Shown piece after piece: positions 29,032 to 31,237 of a stretch of 31,237 nucleotides of DNA. Position 1 is the stretch's first letter. Each line of letters opens with the position of its first letter. A model generated the notes under the pieces. The model made no database searches. It worked only from the letters and a program-made list of their open reading frames with translations, and was not told the DNA's origin. Both the position numbers and the translations under genes were made by a program. This DNA is from Sulfurospirillum sp. (lineage in GTDB: Bacteria > Campylobacterota > Campylobacteria > Campylobacterales > Sulfurospirillaceae): assembly GCA_045047115.1 (NCBI GenBank), contig JASFYR010000032.1, positions 1-31,237 on the forward strand. Reading direction: 5' to 3'.

Positions 29032-29110
29032 TTTATTGTCCCCTTTTCATGGAAGTGAATTCCATAAAAATTCCTCGCGACTGAAGCACGAAGTAAACTT
29101 CTGTATCTTT
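29032..29110 (-). repeat. Two-hairpin dispersed element, copy 2 (diverged), between purC and purS
   Basis: The minus strand reads GAAGTTTACTTC-GT-GCTTCAGTCGCGAGGAATTTTTATGGAATTCACTTCCATGAAAAGGGGACAATAAA-ATG. Confidence 0.93.
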
Positions 29111-29114
29111 CATA

Positions 29115-29828
29115 TTATTTCTCCATAATTCTTTTTAAAACTTCTTCGTAGGCAACTTTTACATCACCCAACCCTTGCCTAAATCTATCTTTATCCAGTT
29201 TTTCATTTGTCTTTATATCCCAAAATCTACAACTATCAGGGCTAATCTCGTCAGCTAAAAGGATATTTCCTTCCTGATCCACTCCAAACTCTACTTTAAA
29301 ATCTACAAGACTCAAGCCCCTTTTTTCAAAAAAGCCCTTGAGCGTTGCATTTATCTCACGACCAAGTCTTTTAAGCTCTTCAAGGTCAGTTTCACTTTTG
29401 ACTAAATCCATCATCAAGCAGTGTTCATCATTGACCAGAGGGTCATTTAAATCATCATCTTTATAATAAAACTCAACCAAAGCAAACGGCAGTTTTTTAC
29501 CATCTTTGATACCCAGCCTTTTTGTTAGCGAGCCTGTTGCTATATTTCTTACAACCACTTCAAGCGGGATGATTTTTACTTTTTTTACAAGTTGCGAAGA
29601 GTCATCTATGGTTTTAACCAGATGGGTTTTTATGCCCTGCTCCTCCAAGAGATGGAAAAGTTGGGTGCTTATCTTACAATTTAGAGCGCCTTTGCCCTTT
29701 TCATTACCTACTTTTTGAGCATTGAAAGCTGTTAAATCATCTTTAAATTCAGAAACCAAAAGATTTTCATCATCAGTTTTAAAAAGTCTCTTTCCCTTTC
29801 CCTCATAAAGCAACTCTTTTCTTTCCAC
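29115..29828 (-). CDS. purC: SAICAR synthase
   Basis: 'LLYEGKGK', '[14 protein letters not shown]', 'DFKVEFG' and '[14 protein letters not shown]'. The likely start is GTG at 29828 after AGGAG, not 29855. Confidence 0.97.
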   Translation of the reverse strand: MERKELLYEGKGKRLFKTDDENLLVSEFKDDLTAFNAQKVGNEKGKGALNCKISTQLFHLLEEQGIKTHLVKTIDDSSQLVKKVKIIPLEVVVRNIATGSLTKRLGIKDGKKLPFALVEFYYKDDDLNDPLVNDEHCLMMDLVKSETDLEELKRLGREINATLKGFFEKRGLSLVDFKVEFGVDQEGNILLADEISPDSCRFWDIKTNEKLDKDRFRQGLGDVKVAYEEVLKRIMEK

Positions 29829-29829
29829 C

Positions 29830-31137
29830 TCATCTCTCCTGTTTTGATTTGGCAATTGATAGTATATTTATGGTGTCAATTGCTGTTTTTAGTTGTATGT
29901 CTTTGAGTATGTCATCTTTTGTTATTACATTTTTATCTTTTTTCTCTATTTTTATCTTCTTTTTTTCTATTTTGTTTAGTTCAACTTCGAGATGTTTTTT
30001 TAACTCTTTCTCTTTTATGATAAAGTCATTAACCTTGTGAGGAACTTTGCCCGCACTCACTACAACATCGGGCTTCACTCCAACAGCCTGTATAGTTCTT
30101 CCACTAGGCAGATAGTATCTTGCGATGGTGAGTCTTAATGCCTCGGTATTGTTGATAGGCAGTATAACCTGCACGCTTCCTTTTCCAAATGTATTAGTTC
30201 CGACAATGATTGCTCTTTTATGATCTTGCAATGAACCACTTACGATTTCACTCGCACTCGCACTTCCTCCATTTACCAAGACTGCCATGGGAACATGAGT
30301 AAGCGTGCTCGAGGAATCTGCATTGTATTTTATATTTTCTTTTTTGTCTCTTCCTTTTTGAGATACGATTATGCCTTTATCAACAAAAATATTCACTAGT
30401 CCTACAGCCTGATTTAAAAGGCCACCCGGATTGTTTCTTAAATCCAGTATAATCCCTTTTACTTTTTTATGTGCAAGAATTGCTTCTTTTGCTTTTTTAA
30501 CCACTTTTTTATCAAAACTTGTAACTCTCAAGTAGAGGATATTGTCTTTTTTTATCATTTTTGTATATACGGAGTCTATTTTTATTATAGCCCTTATTAT
30601 GGTTATTTTAAGAGGTTTACTTAAGCCTTTTCTTACAACTGTGAGAATGATCTTTGTTTTTGGTTTTCCGCGCATATGGCTAACTGCTTCATCAATTGTC
30701 ATATTTAAAGTTGAGAGATCGTTAATTTTAAGAATGATGTCGCCTGCTTTTATGCCTGCTTTATCTGCCGGAGTGCCTTCTATAGGAGAGATAACTGTTA
30801 ATGCTCCGTTTCTCATACCAACTGTGATGCCAAGTCCTCCAAACTCACCGTTTGTTTGGATTTTCATATTTTTAAAACCTTTTTTATCTAAAAATGATGA
30901 GTGAGCATCCAGATTTGACATAAGTCCTGCAATGGACTTGTTTATGATGTTGGTGATATTTATATCATCAACATAGTACTTTTCGATAGTTCCTACAACT
31001 CTTGTATATTTTGCCAATGCAGCCAGTCTGCTAGATTCATTCTCGTTTGATTTTGCAAAAAGAGTTGAAGTCATTAAGATTGTAGCCCCAATTAATGTAG
31101 CTAGAAATCCAAATGTTGCAATTTTTATATGTTTCAT
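29830..31137 (-). CDS. ctpA: C-terminal processing protease (S41A family, PDZ domain)
   Basis: 'LDAHS', PDZ 'FGGLGI', '[11 protein letters not shown]', 'SASASEIV' and 'TFGKGSVQ'. Confidence 0.95.
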   Translation of the reverse strand: MKHIKIATFGFLATLIGATILMTSTLFAKSNENESSRLAALAKYTRVVGTIEKYYVDDINITNIINKSIAGLMSNLDAHSSFLDKKGFKNMKIQTNGEFGGLGITVGMRNGALTVISPIEGTPADKAGIKAGDIILKINDLSTLNMTIDEAVSHMRGKPKTKIILTVVRKGLSKPLKITIIRAIIKIDSVYTKMIKKDNILYLRVTSFDKKVVKKAKEAILAHKKVKGIILDLRNNPGGLLNQAVGLVNIFVDKGIIVSQKGRDKKENIKYNADSSSTLTHVPMAVLVNGGSASASEIVSGSLQDHKRAIIVGTNTFGKGSVQVILPINNTEALRLTIARYYLPSGRTIQAVGVKPDVVVSAGKVPHKVNDFIIKEKELKKHLEVELNKIEKKKIKIEKKDKNVITKDDILKDIQLKTAIDTINILSIAKSKQER

Positions 31138-31237
31138 ATTATTGTCCCCTTTTTACGGAAGTGAATTCCGCAAAAATTCCTCGCGACTAAAGCTACGCCT
31201 TTGGCGAGAAAATTACTATTTATTGTCCCCTTTTTAC
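31138..31237 (-). repeat. Two-hairpin dispersed element, copy 3 plus the truncated end of a tandem copy 4
   Basis: 52-bp identity to copy 1; TATTGTCCCCTTTTTAC occurs at 31140-31156 and again at 31221-31237 (81-bp period, cut by the window end). Confidence 0.95.

Noticed and set aside
29032..29110. Purine/ZTP riboswitch interpretation of the purC-purS element
   Set aside because: The same element precedes mshE and ctpA, and I see no purine or ZTP aptamer consensus. An Rfam search is still needed to exclude this formally.
29829..29855. N-terminal extension of PurC (MPNQNRRDE) in the ORF track
   Set aside because: It overlaps the ctpA 3' end; the GTG at 29828 has an AGGAG RBS and gives the normal PurC N-terminus.
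305..30904. Numerous 60-160 aa ORFs antisense to, or out of frame within, the called genes (e.g. 21698-22186 -, 25891-26334 +, 13809-14171 +)
   Set aside because: They overlap well-supported genes and show no recognisable motifs; treated as shadow ORFs.
31138..31237. CRISPR interpretation of the repeated element
   Set aside because: The copies are dispersed, the constant part is over 50 bp, the variable part keeps a shared hairpin, and there are no cas genes in the window.

Overview
AT-rich bacterial chromosome segment, most likely from a free-living Campylobacterota (epsilonproteobacterium). This is inferred from the ctpA-purC-purS-purQ-SH3-plsC-crcB-htpG gene order and the cts/MSHA-type locus. 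It contains four blocks: (1) 1-14443, an MSHA/Cts-like type IV pilus or type II secretion locus with two convergent pilin genes; (2) 14560-19050, a UvrD/Rep helicase, an exported rhodanese and an exported DUF255 thioredoxin-domain protein; (3) 19287-23462, a Tat-exported polysulfide/thiosulfate reductase-like psrABC operon; (4) 23507-31137, a minus-strand housekeeping run. Four signals are not explained by these annotations. First, an ~80-bp dispersed two-hairpin element (3 copies plus a truncated 4th) shows compensatory base changes, always abuts a start codon and supplies its Shine-Dalgarno sequence. Second, the pilus tip protein has a very high density of PglB-type D/E-x-N-x-S/T sequons, also enriched in the minor pilins. 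Third, a heptamer repeat lies inside a prepilin leader. Fourth, a perfect 19-bp-arm palindrome covers the psrA promoter. All calls come from manual reading; no database searches were run.
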